This document shows, piece by piece, positions 30,150 through 38,808 of a stretch of 64,000 bases of DNA. The notes beneath the pieces are model-generated. The model saw nothing but the letters and a program-made list of their open reading frames with translations, made no database searches and was not told the origin of the DNA. The stretch lies in contig CACYWP010000001.1 in the NCBI GenBank assembly GCA_902778135.1, forward strand, positions 212,104-276,103. The letters run 5' to 3'. This stretch comes from an uncultured Coriobacteriaceae bacterium. GTDB lineage: Bacteria; Actinomycetota; Coriobacteriia; Coriobacteriales; Atopobiaceae. The first letter of the stretch is position 1, and every line of letters starts with the position of its first letter. The position numbers and the translations under genes are program-made.

Positions 30150-31984
30150 TGGGCATTCTCATTGGCTTGGAGCGCGTCTCGCAGGAGTGGCCGGGCAAGC
30201 GCGTGCTGGTCGACCAGACGATCGGCATCAACGAGGGCAATCGCATCGGCATCGTCGGTCGCAACGGCGACGGCAAGTCGACGCTGCTGGAGCTGATCGC
30301 GCATACGCTGGAGCCCGATGACGGCACGATCACCTATCGCAACAACATCACGGTGGGCATGATCGGCCAGCAGGACCACCTGTGCGACGACGACACCGTC
30401 TGCCAGGCGGTTGTCGGCGACACCCCGGAGTACGTCTGGGCGTCCGACCCGACGGTGCGCTCCATCATCGAGGAGCTGCTCGTCGACATCGACTGGCAGG
30501 GGCTGGTGGGCGAGCTGTCGGGCGGCCAGCGTCGACGGGCCGACCTGGCGCGGGTCCTGGTGGGCAACTGGGACGTCCTGCTCATGGACGAGCCCACCAA
30601 CCATCTGGACCTGCATGCCATCCGCTGGCTGGCGGAGCACCTCAAGCGCCGCTGGCAGCCGGGACAGGGAGCGCTGCTCCTGGTCACCCACGACCGGTGG
30701 TTCCTCGACGAGGTCTGCGAGCACATGTGGGAGGTCCACGACGGCGTCATCGAACCCTTCGAGGGAGGGTTCTCCGCATACATCCAGCAGCGGGTCGAGC
30801 GCCAGCGCGTGGCCGCCGTCATGGAGGAGCGGCGCCAGAACATGCTGCGCAAGGAGCTGAACTGGCTGGCGCATGGCGCCAAGGCCCGCACGAGCAAGCC
30901 GAAGTTCCGCATCGACGCGGCCATGGAGCTCATCGCCAACGACCCGCCGCTGCGCAACCCCGTCGAGCTGAAGCGCATGGCCGTCGGGCGGCTGGGCAAG
31001 CAGGTCATCGAGATGCACGGGGTGTCGGCGGGTTATGGCGACAACGAGGTGGTGCGCGACATCGAGTGGCTGATCGGGCCGGGCGACCGCTACGGCATCC
31101 TCGGCGAGAACGGTGCGGGCAAGACGACGCTGCTGAAGGTCATGACCGGAGCGCTCGCGCCCCTGAGGGGACAGGTCAAGATAGGTGCGTCAGTCAAGTT
31201 CGGCATGCTCTCGCAGCAGCTGGAGGGGCTGGCCGAGCATGACGGATGGCGGGTCTCGGAGCTGCTGGGCACCTACAAGCGCTACCTGATGGTCGAGGGC
31301 AAGCCCCAGTCTCCCGAGCAGCTGCTGGAGCGGCTGGGCTTCGAGCGCCGCGAGTTCCCCACCTTCATCAAGGACCTCTCCGGCGGTCAGCGCCGGCGCC
31401 TCGCCATACTCTGCGTCCTGATGGAGGAGCCGAACGTCCTGGTCCTCGACGAGCCGGGCAACGACCTCGACACCGACATGCTGGCGGTGCTGGAGGACCT
31501 GCTGGACACCTGGCCGGGCACCCTGCTCATCGTCAGCCATGACCGGTACCTGATGGAGCGCGTCACCGACGACCAGTATGCGCTCATCGACGGTCGCGTG
31601 AGGCATGTTCCGGGCGGGGTCGACGAGTACCTCGACCTCCTTGACGCGATGCCAAAGTCTAAAGTACAGGTTGAGGGTAAGGGAAAACCCTCAACCTCGA
31701 GCAGCCTCGAGCAGCCCGCATCCCCGTCGGATGCTGCTGCCACGGACGCGCCCAAACTGACGAATGCCGAGCGCAGAACCCTCAAGAAGCGTTTCGACGC
31801 AGTCTCGAGGAAGCTCGAGAAACTCTCAAGCAGGCCTCAGGAGCTGCGTGACGAGCTGCTGACGCTCGATGCGACCGACTACCAGGCGCTTCTGGACAAG
31901 CAGGCGGAGATTGCCGCCGCCGAGCAGGAGCTGGAGGACCTCGAGACCGAATGGCTGGAGCTGTCGGAGCGCTTGGGGGAGTAG
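30149..31984 (+). CDS. ABC-F family ATPase (Uup-like, coiled-coil C-terminus)
   Basis: Two ABC domains (GRNGDGKST, GENGAGKTT; LSGGQRRR twice) and no TM segments. Confidence 0.85.
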   Translation: MGILIGLERVSQEWPGKRVLVDQTIGINEGNRIGIVGRNGDGKSTLLELIAHTLEPDDGTITYRNNITVGMIGQQDHLCDDDTVCQAVVGDTPEYVWASDPTVRSIIEELLVDIDWQGLVGELSGGQRRRADLARVLVGNWDVLLMDEPTNHLDLHAIRWLAEHLKRRWQPGQGALLLVTHDRWFLDEVCEHMWEVHDGVIEPFEGGFSAYIQQRVERQRVAAVMEERRQNMLRKELNWLAHGAKARTSKPKFRIDAAMELIANDPPLRNPVELKRMAVGRLGKQVIEMHGVSAGYGDNEVVRDIEWLIGPGDRYGILGENGAGKTTLLKVMTGALAPLRGQVKIGASVKFGMLSQQLEGLAEHDGWRVSELLGTYKRYLMVEGKPQSPEQLLERLGFERREFPTFIKDLSGGQRRRLAILCVLMEEPNVLVLDEPGNDLDTDMLAVLEDLLDTWPGTLLIVSHDRYLMERVTDDQYALIDGRVRHVPGGVDEYLDLLDAMPKSKVQVEGKGKPSTSSSLEQPASPSDAAATDAPKLTNAERRTLKKRFDAVSRKLEKLSSRPQELRDELLTLDATDYQALLDKQAEIAAAEQELEDLETEWLELSERLGE

Positions 31985-32100
31985 CCCGAAGCCCACCGAC
32001 GCAGCCATCCGATGCCCGAGGCGAGCACGCGCCAATGATGCCAATGAGGTAGCGTAGAGACGTTGGTACGTCTACCTGATATAGGGGAGAAGGATGCCAG

Positions 32101-33627
32101 ATGTATGACGTGATCATTGTCGGCGCAGGGGTCAGCGGGTGCGCGATTGCCCGCGAGCTGTCGCGCCACGACTGCTCGGTGTGCGTCGTCGAGCGCGACG
32201 AGGACGTGTGTTGCGGCACGTCCAAGGCGAACTCGGCCATCGTCCACGCCGGCTTCGACGCCGAGCCCGGGTCGCTGATGGCCCAGCTCAACGTCGAGGG
32301 GAACCGCCTCATGTACGAGTGGGCCCGCGAGCTGGACGTGCGCTGCGACCAGTGCGGCTCGCTGGTGGTGTGCGTCAGCGAGGACGACCGGGAGGGGCTG
32401 GAGGTGCTGCGTCGGCGCGGCGAGGCGAACGGCGTGCCCGACCTGCGCATCATCGAGCGCGAGGAGCTGCTGGGGATGGAACCGAACATCTCCGACGAGG
32501 CGGTCGCGGCGCTCTGGGCTCCCACGGGGGGCATCGTCGACCCGTTCGGCCTGACGGTTGCGATGGCGGAGAACGCCGCCGCCAACGGCGTGGAGTTCCG
32601 CTTCTGCGCGCCGGTCAGCGACGTGCGTCGTGCTGACGGGTGCTGGCAGGTCGTCGCGGGCGGGCAGGCCCTGCAGACGCGCGCCGTCGTCAATGCCGCT
32701 GGCGTCTACTCGGACGACATCCACAGCCTGTTCGTGGGGGCGCTGGGGGACGCCGACGTGGCTCCCGCCGCGTGCGGTCACGTGGTTCCCACGGACGGCT
32801 TCTCCATCATCCCGCGCAAGGGGGAGTACTACCTGCTGGACACGACGGCGGGCCAGCACGTGCGCCACACCATCTTCATGCTACCCACCAAGATGGGCAA
32901 GGGCGTCCTGGTGTCGCCGACGGTGCACGGCAACCTCATCGTCGGCCCGACGGCCACCGATGTGGAGGACAAGGAATCCACCGACACGACGGCCGAGGGA
33001 CTGGCCGAGGTCGCCACGAAGAGCGCCCTGACGGTGAAGAACGTGCCCCTGCGCGAGGTCATCACGACGTTTGCGGGCCTGCGCGCCCACCAGAGCGCCC
33101 ATGACTTCGTCATCGGCGAGGTGGCCGGGGACACGGGGCTGTTCGACTGCGCGGCCATCGAGAGCCCGGGCCTGACCAGCTCTCCCGCCATCGGTCGCAT
33201 GCTGGCGGACATGGTGGCCGGATACGTGGGGGCGCCGGAGAAGGCCGAGTGGGACGGCACCCGCACCGGCATCCCCAGCGTGAGCGACCTCTCCTTCGAC
33301 GAGTGGGACGCGCTCTGCCAGCGCGACCCCGCCTTCGGCAACGTCATCTGCCGCTGCCGTCGCATCAGCGAGGCCCAGATCGTCGACGCGATCCATCGCG
33401 TGCCAGGCGCACGGTCCCTGGATGCCATCAAGCGTCGCACCTTCGCGACCGCCGGACGCTGCCAGGGCGGGTTCTGCACGCCCAAGATCATGGAGATCCT
33501 CGAGCGCGAGCTGGGGATGAGCCCGCAGGAGGTCACGAAGCGCGGACCGGGGTCCGAGCTGGTCGTGGGATACAACAAGGACCGCATCGCCGCACCGGCA
33601 GGGGATGCGGAGGGAGGTGAGGCGTGA
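32101..33627 (+). CDS. FAD-dependent oxidoreductase with BFD-like [2Fe-2S] domain (anaerobic G3P-dehydrogenase-like subunit)
   Basis: YDVIIVGAGVSGCAIA dinucleotide fold, and C-terminal CRCRRISEAQIVDAI...GRCQGGFC. Confidence 0.8.
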   Translation: MYDVIIVGAGVSGCAIARELSRHDCSVCVVERDEDVCCGTSKANSAIVHAGFDAEPGSLMAQLNVEGNRLMYEWARELDVRCDQCGSLVVCVSEDDREGLEVLRRRGEANGVPDLRIIEREELLGMEPNISDEAVAALWAPTGGIVDPFGLTVAMAENAAANGVEFRFCAPVSDVRRADGCWQVVAGGQALQTRAVVNAAGVYSDDIHSLFVGALGDADVAPAACGHVVPTDGFSIIPRKGEYYLLDTTAGQHVRHTIFMLPTKMGKGVLVSPTVHGNLIVGPTATDVEDKESTDTTAEGLAEVATKSALTVKNVPLREVITTFAGLRAHQSAHDFVIGEVAGDTGLFDCAAIESPGLTSSPAIGRMLADMVAGYVGAPEKAEWDGTRTGIPSVSDLSFDEWDALCQRDPAFGNVICRCRRISEAQIVDAIHRVPGARSLDAIKRRTFATAGRCQGGFCTPKIMEILERELGMSPQEVTKRGPGSELVVGYNKDRIAAPAGDAEGGEA

Positions 33628-34907
33628 TGGCCAAGACGATCGAGCGCCGTGACGTCGTCATCGTCGGTGGAGGTCCCGCGGGCCTCGCCGCCGCCATCTC
33701 TGCGCACGAGGCCGGCCAGACCGACATCCTGGTGCTGGAGCGCGACACCCAGCTGGGCGGCATCCTCAACCAGTGCATCCACAACGGCTTCGGCCTGCAC
33801 ACCTTCAAGGAGGAGCTGACCGGTCCCGAGTATGCGGCGCGCTACATCGAGCGTGCCGCCGAGCTGGGCATCGAGTACCGCCTGGGGACGATGGTCATCG
33901 ACATCTCGCCCGAGCGCCTGGTGACGGCGGTCTCCTCGGCCGACGGCATCACCCAGGTCGAGGCGGGGGCCATCGTGCTGGCCATGGGCTGCCGCGAGCG
34001 GCCGCGCGGGGCGCTGGCCACGCCGGGGTATCGGCCGGCGGGCGTCTATTCCGCCGGCACCGCCCAGCGCCTGGTCAACATCGAGGGCCAGATGCCGGGG
34101 CGCGAGGTCGTCATCCTCGGCTCGGGTGACATCGGCCTCATCATGGCGCGCCGCATGACGCTGGAGGGCGCCCATGTCGCGTGCGTGGCGGAGATCATGC
34201 CCTACTCCGGTGGCCTGAAGCGCAACATCGTGCAGTGCCTCGACGACTTCGGCATCCCGCTGCTGCTGTCCCACACGGTGACGCGCGTCGAGGGACGAGA
34301 CCGCGTGGAGGCCGTCTGGATCGCCGAGGTGGACGAGCGGATGCAGCCGATCGCGGGCACGGAGGTGCGCTATCCGTGCGACACGCTGATGCTGTCGGTC
34401 GGCCTGCTGCCGGAGAACGAGCTCTCGCGGGACGCGGGGGTCCAGATCTCGCCCGTGACGCGTGGGCCGGTGGTGGACCAGAGCCTGCAGACCAGCGTGC
34501 GGGGCGTCTTTGCCTGCGGCAACGTCCTGCATGTCCACGACCTGGTGGACTACGTCAGCGAGGAGGCTGCCGCCGCGGGCGCCAACGCGGCCCGCTTCGT
34601 CGCGCAGGCTCAGGCGGAGACCGAGGCCGACCGCGGCATCCCGGTCGTCGCCGAGGGCGGCGTGCGCTACACGGTGCCGTCGTTCGTCTCCCCCCAGCTG
34701 ATGGACGACCGCCTGACGGTGCGCTTCCGCGTCGCGAACGTGTATCGCGACCACTTTGTGTCGGTCTACCTCGACGACGAGCGCATCCAGCATCGCAAGA
34801 AGCGCGTGATGGCACCCGGCGAGATGGAGAGCGTCGTGTTGCGGCGCGCCGACCTGCTGGCCCGCGAGGGGCTGCAGCGCATCACCGTCAAACTGGAGGA
34901 GGAGTAG
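33624..34907 (+). CDS. NAD(P)/FAD-dependent pyridine nucleotide-disulfide oxidoreductase family protein
   Basis: VVIVGGGPAGLAAA and a second fold VVILGSGDIGL. Translationally coupled to the flanking genes. Confidence 0.75.
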   Translation: MMAKTIERRDVVIVGGGPAGLAAAISAHEAGQTDILVLERDTQLGGILNQCIHNGFGLHTFKEELTGPEYAARYIERAAELGIEYRLGTMVIDISPERLVTAVSSADGITQVEAGAIVLAMGCRERPRGALATPGYRPAGVYSAGTAQRLVNIEGQMPGREVVILGSGDIGLIMARRMTLEGAHVACVAEIMPYSGGLKRNIVQCLDDFGIPLLLSHTVTRVEGRDRVEAVWIAEVDERMQPIAGTEVRYPCDTLMLSVGLLPENELSRDAGVQISPVTRGPVVDQSLQTSVRGVFACGNVLHVHDLVDYVSEEAAAAGANAARFVAQAQAETEADRGIPVVAEGGVRYTVPSFVSPQLMDDRLTVRFRVANVYRDHFVSVYLDDERIQHRKKRVMAPGEMESVVLRRADLLAREGLQRITVKLEEE

Positions 34908-34909
34908 CC

Positions 34910-35275
34910 ATGGCACGCGAGACTCGCGAACTCACCTGCATCAACTGCCCCCTGGGCTGTCCCCTGACGGTCGTGCTGGAGGATGGGGAGGTCATCTCGG
35001 TGACGGGCAACACCTGCCCGCGCGGCGAAAGCTATGGCCGCAAGGAGGTCACCAACCCAACGCGCATCGTGACCAGCTCGGTGCCGGTCGATGGCAGCGC
35101 TTCCGAGCGGATGGTGTCGGTCAAGACGGCGTCGGACATCCCCAAGGACATGATCTTCGACGTCGTGCGCGCGCTGAAGGACGTGCGTGCCACGGCGCCG
35201 GTGGCGATAGGCGATGTGGTGCTGGCTGACGTGTGCGGCACGGGCGTTGACATCGTCGCGACCAAGGGCGCGTAG
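34910..35275 (+). CDS. DUF1667 domain protein (Cys-rich small subunit of the oxidoreductase trio)
   Basis: LTCINCPLGCPLTV......V.GNTCPRGE.Y is the pattern typical of DUF1667. Confidence 0.75.
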   Translation: MARETRELTCINCPLGCPLTVVLEDGEVISVTGNTCPRGESYGRKEVTNPTRIVTSSVPVDGSASERMVSVKTASDIPKDMIFDVVRALKDVRATAPVAIGDVVLADVCGTGVDIVATKGA

Positions 35276-35296
35276 GGCCCAGGGAAGCCGACAGAA

Positions 35297-35493
35297 GCGC
35301 AGACAATACGTATGGTGCCCCGTGGCAGATGTCGCGGGGCACCATTGTCTGCGTTTTGGAAAAGGCGCGCTTTCTCGCTGCGCAGAACACGGCGTTGTCT
35401 GCGCAGCGCAAAGCGCAGACAACGCAAGCTGCTCCATCGGCATGAGTGAAAGCGCAGACAACGCCTGCAGTGCGGCGAAAGCTGGCCGAAAAA
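35297..35493. repeat. Second cluster of GCGCAGACAA / TTGTCTGCGC motif copies (between convergent genes)
   Basis: Exact 10-mers at 35297, 35395 (rc), 35413, 35452 and 35484. Degenerate copies at 35345 (rc) and 35380. The first two copies flank a GGTGCCCCG...CGGGGCACC hairpin. Confidence 0.8.
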
Positions 35494-35592
35494 GCGCAGA
35501 CAATGCCGCCGCACCTCGCTGGCGGGAAGTGCCACGAGGCGTGTAGCTGGGTGAATGCTCGTTTGCCCACCGTGGCGCATCGCACCACGACC

Positions 35593-35910
35593 TTATGCCT
35601 CCCAGCAGCAGCGCTCCATGTCCACGCGTCCGTCGGGGAGGAACTCGATGCCCTCTGCCTCGAGCATCTGCCGTTGCACGTCAGGACCACCAAAGGCGAA
35701 CCCCGGGGCCAGCCTGCCGTCCTTGAAGACCACGCGGTGGCAGGGGACCCCCGCAGCCATGCCAGGGCTGTCGTGCATGGCGAAACCGACGAACCGCGCC
35801 TTGCGTGGCTCGCCCAGCATGCGGGCTATCTGGCCATAGCTGGCGACGCGGCCCTCGGGTATCTGCCGCACCAGCTCGTAGGTGCGGGCAAAAAAGCCTT
35901 CCTTCTCCAT
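35593..35910 (-). CDS. MGMT-family (methylated-DNA-protein-cysteine methyltransferase DNA-binding domain) protein
   Basis: Contains IPEGRVASYGQIA and VPCHRVV (active-site PCHR). The ATG at 35910 has AAGGGG upstream; the ORF could extend to 35943. Confidence 0.75.
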   Translation of the reverse strand: MEKEGFFARTYELVRQIPEGRVASYGQIARMLGEPRKARFVGFAMHDSPGMAAGVPCHRVVFKDGRLAPGFAFGGPDVQRQMLEAEGIEFLPDGRVDMERCCWEA

Positions 35911-35983
35911 ATGTGCCCCTTGTGGCTTGGGTACCATCTTCATCTGTGCTCAACGACCCATGATAGCGATAGAGAGGTGGGGC

Positions 35984-36568
35984 ATGGCACGAAGACAACA
36001 GCGCAGGCACGCCTCGCCCGTGCGGCCGTGGGTGGTCCTCCTAGTGTGGGTGGCCATCATCTGGGGGCACTCGCTCATGTCCGGCGACACGTCGTCGGCC
36101 GAGAGCTCGGTCTTCATAGGGCTGGCCCAAAAGGCCATCTATGCCATCTACCAGCAGCACTTTGCGCTTTTCGACCGACTGGCCGCGGCGCATCCACACT
36201 TCCTGCTGAGCCTCACCGATCCCGAGGTCATGCACTTCTACGTGCGGAAGGCGGGGCACTTCAGCGAGTACTTCGTGCTGGCGTGCCTGACGCTCAACGC
36301 GGCGCGCCACACGCTGCCCGGTCCCGTCTGGGGCACGATCGTGACGCTGCTGTTCTGGACGGCGACGCCCTGCGTCGACGAGTGGATCCAGCTGCACGTG
36401 CCCGGTCGCGCCGGCGCCCTCACCGACGTGCTCATCGACATGGCGGGGTTTGGCACCGGGCTGGCGCTGGGCCTGGTGGCCTGGGCCTTGTGCGCTGCGA
36501 TCGCGGGCATGTTTGGGCTGCTCACGGGCTCGCTGGGCAGCCATGGCGACGAGCTGGAGCCGTGGTAG
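35984..36568 (+). CDS. VanZ-like family membrane protein
   Basis: Has VanZ-like hallmarks: ...H...Y..L..L......DE.IQ...PGR.....DVLID..G. The assignment is by pattern only. Confidence 0.6.
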   Translation: MARRQQRRHASPVRPWVVLLVWVAIIWGHSLMSGDTSSAESSVFIGLAQKAIYAIYQQHFALFDRLAAAHPHFLLSLTDPEVMHFYVRKAGHFSEYFVLACLTLNAARHTLPGPVWGTIVTLLFWTATPCVDEWIQLHVPGRAGALTDVLIDMAGFGTGLALGLVAWALCAAIAGMFGLLTGSLGSHGDELEPW

Positions 36569-36725
36569 GGGATTGGCGTCCCCAAGGGTCGGACCCCTTT
36601 GCAACGGGCGCAGATAGCCAGGACGGGCACGTCGACGGGACGAGTCCTGAGGTTGTGCGTTGGCATGCGGTCTGCATGCTACGATGGGGACAACCGTAAG
36701 CTTCTGCGATCGAGAGGGGACTTCC

Positions 36726-38219
36726 ATGGGCTTTGGCAAGGATTTCTTCTGGGGTGGCGCCACCGCCTCCAACCAGTACGAGGGCGGCGTGTTCGAGGGT
36801 GGCGCGGGCCTCTCCACGGCTGACGTGATGACCAATGGCGCGCACAAGGTGCCTCGCCAGGTGACGTATCGCATGCCGGACGGCAGCTGGGGCAAGACGC
36901 CGCTGTGCTTCCACAGCCCCGAGCGCCATCTTCCCGAGGGTGCGCAGGCCTGCCTGGTGGACGACCCCGACATCTACTATCCCAGCCACATCGCCTCGGA
37001 CTTCTACCATCACTACAAGGAGGACATCCGCCTGTGCGCGGAGGAGGGCTTCAACTGCCTGCGCTTCTCGCTGAAGTGGAGCCGCATCTTCCCGAACGGT
37101 GACGACGCGGAGCCCAACGAGGAGGGCATCGCCTACTACAAGGACATCTTCGAGACCTGCCGCGAGTATGGCATCGAGCCGCTGGTCACCCTGGAGCACT
37201 ACGAGAACCCGCTCTCGCTGGCCAACCGCTTCAACGGGTGGGACAGCCGCTACCTCGTCGACCAGTTCGTCAAGTACGCCACCACGTGCTTCGAGCGCTT
37301 CGACGGGCTGGTGAGGTACTACCTGACCTTCAACGAGATCAACTGCATCGAGTGGGCGCCCTTCGTGACCGCCGGCCTCATCCATGCCGATCCGCAGAAC
37401 ATCGCCAACGCGACGTTCCACCAGTTCCTGGCCTCCGCAAAGACCGTCATCGCCGCGCACAACTACTGGCCCGACCTCTCCATCGGCATGATGCTCGCCT
37501 ATGGCCCGGTGTACGGCTACACCTCCGACCCGGCCGACCAGCTTGCCGCCATGCAGGCGCAGGACCAGAAGCTGTTCTACTCCGACGTGCAGATGCTGGG
37601 CGAGTATCCCGTGTGGAAGCTGGCCGAGTACGAGCGTGACGGCATCAGGATTCCCGCGCTTCCCGGGGACTGGGACATCATCGCCGAGGGCGTCTGCGAC
37701 TTCCTGTCCTTCTCGCTCTATGGCAGCGGCACCGTCACGACGCATACCGACGATCTCGAGGCCGGCGAGGGCAACGGCGGCGCCGTGGGCATGGTCGCCA
37801 ACCCGTACCTCAAGACCAACGCCTGGGGCTGGGCGACCGATCCCGACTGCCAGCGCATCACGCTGAACACCCTGTACAACCGCTACCGCTGCGACCTGTG
37901 GTGCGTCGAGAGCGGCATCGGCTGGAACGACGAGTTCGTGGACGGCACCGTGCACGACGACTACCGCATCGACTACATGCGCGCCAACATCAAGAGCATG
38001 AAGGACGCGGTGGAGCTGGACGGCATCCCCCTGATGGGCTACCTGTACTGGGGCTGCGTCGACATGGTCTCCAACGGCGAGGGCGAGATGGCCAAGCGCT
38101 ACGGCCAGATCTACGTCGACGCCGACAACTACGGCCAGGGCACGATGAAGCGCTCGCTGAAGGATTCCTACCACTGGTACAAGAAGGTCATCGAGTCGAA
38201 CGGAGAAGATTTCGATTAG
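36726..38219 (+). CDS. GH1 6-phospho-beta-glucosidase (intact)
   Basis: FFWGGATASNQYEGG, LTFNEIN (acid/base), and the complete canonical C-terminus YHWYKKVIESNGEDFD*. Confidence 0.9.
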   Translation: MGFGKDFFWGGATASNQYEGGVFEGGAGLSTADVMTNGAHKVPRQVTYRMPDGSWGKTPLCFHSPERHLPEGAQACLVDDPDIYYPSHIASDFYHHYKEDIRLCAEEGFNCLRFSLKWSRIFPNGDDAEPNEEGIAYYKDIFETCREYGIEPLVTLEHYENPLSLANRFNGWDSRYLVDQFVKYATTCFERFDGLVRYYLTFNEINCIEWAPFVTAGLIHADPQNIANATFHQFLASAKTVIAAHNYWPDLSIGMMLAYGPVYGYTSDPADQLAAMQAQDQKLFYSDVQMLGEYPVWKLAEYERDGIRIPALPGDWDIIAEGVCDFLSFSLYGSGTVTTHTDDLEAGEGNGGAVGMVANPYLKTNAWGWATDPDCQRITLNTLYNRYRCDLWCVESGIGWNDEFVDGTVHDDYRIDYMRANIKSMKDAVELDGIPLMGYLYWGCVDMVSNGEGEMAKRYGQIYVDADNYGQGTMKRSLKDSYHWYKKVIESNGEDFD

Positions 38220-38249
38220 GCTCTCTGACCTGCGGAAACGCTGAGCTTT

Positions 38250-38315
38250 GGGCCGTTGTGTTCGCTGGCTGGTACGAAAGTGGCACAAATCGTGCAGCCG
38301 AGAACACAACGGCCC
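38250..38315. repeat. Perfect 14-bp inverted repeat with 38-nt spacer at the core/accessory boundary
   Basis: GGGCCGTTGTGTTC (38250-38263) pairs with GAACACAACGGCCC (38302-38315). It lies between the convergent stops of GH1 and the integrase remnant. Confidence 0.7.
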
Positions 38316-38354
38316 CTCTCATGCCGCGAATACCTTGTCTAACGTGCCAAAGGC

Positions 38355-38693
38355 CTAGCGCTTTGCCTCGAGGTTGACGTGCGTGTAGACCTTCATCGCG
38401 GTCTGGGGGTCGGAGTGTTCGGCCAGCTCCTGCATGAGGCGCGGGTGGACTCCCTTGGGTGCGATCATCGCAATGAAAGTATGACGCAGCTCATGGAAGG
38501 TGACGCCCTCGAGACCGAAGCTGCCACGCTCGTCCTCCCACCACTTGCTGAGCGTGCAGGGCTGGAGGCGCATGCCGGAGATGCTCGAGATCACGGGGTT
38601 CTCGTCCGTGATGACAAGAGGCTCGCCCTTGTAGTGGCACGCCTTCTTGCGGTCGCGGTTGAGCTTGTCGAGGCGCCTCTCATGAGCTATGCG
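38355..38693 (-). pseudogene. Tyrosine recombinase (phage-integrase family) C-terminal remnant
   Basis: The open frame reads ...GVTFHELRHTFIAMIAPKGVHPRLMQELAEHSDPQTAMKVYTHVN (HxxR...Y catalytic end). Only about 112 codons are present and a stop bounds it at 38694. No N-terminal domains. Confidence 0.75.
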
Positions 38694-38808
38694 TTACTCT
38701 GCCTATTACTCTTAGGAGGACTTGTTCCAGCGGGTTGGGCCAGACACTTCACGCACGTAATGTTTATAATCCGTTTAGATAAACGCAGCTTAAACGAGGA
38801 GAAATCCC

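Noticed and set aside
35446-36699. 417-aa plus-strand ORF
   Set aside because: It runs antisense through the MGMT-family gene and out of frame through the VanZ-like gene. It begins inside the GCGCAGACAA repeat cluster.
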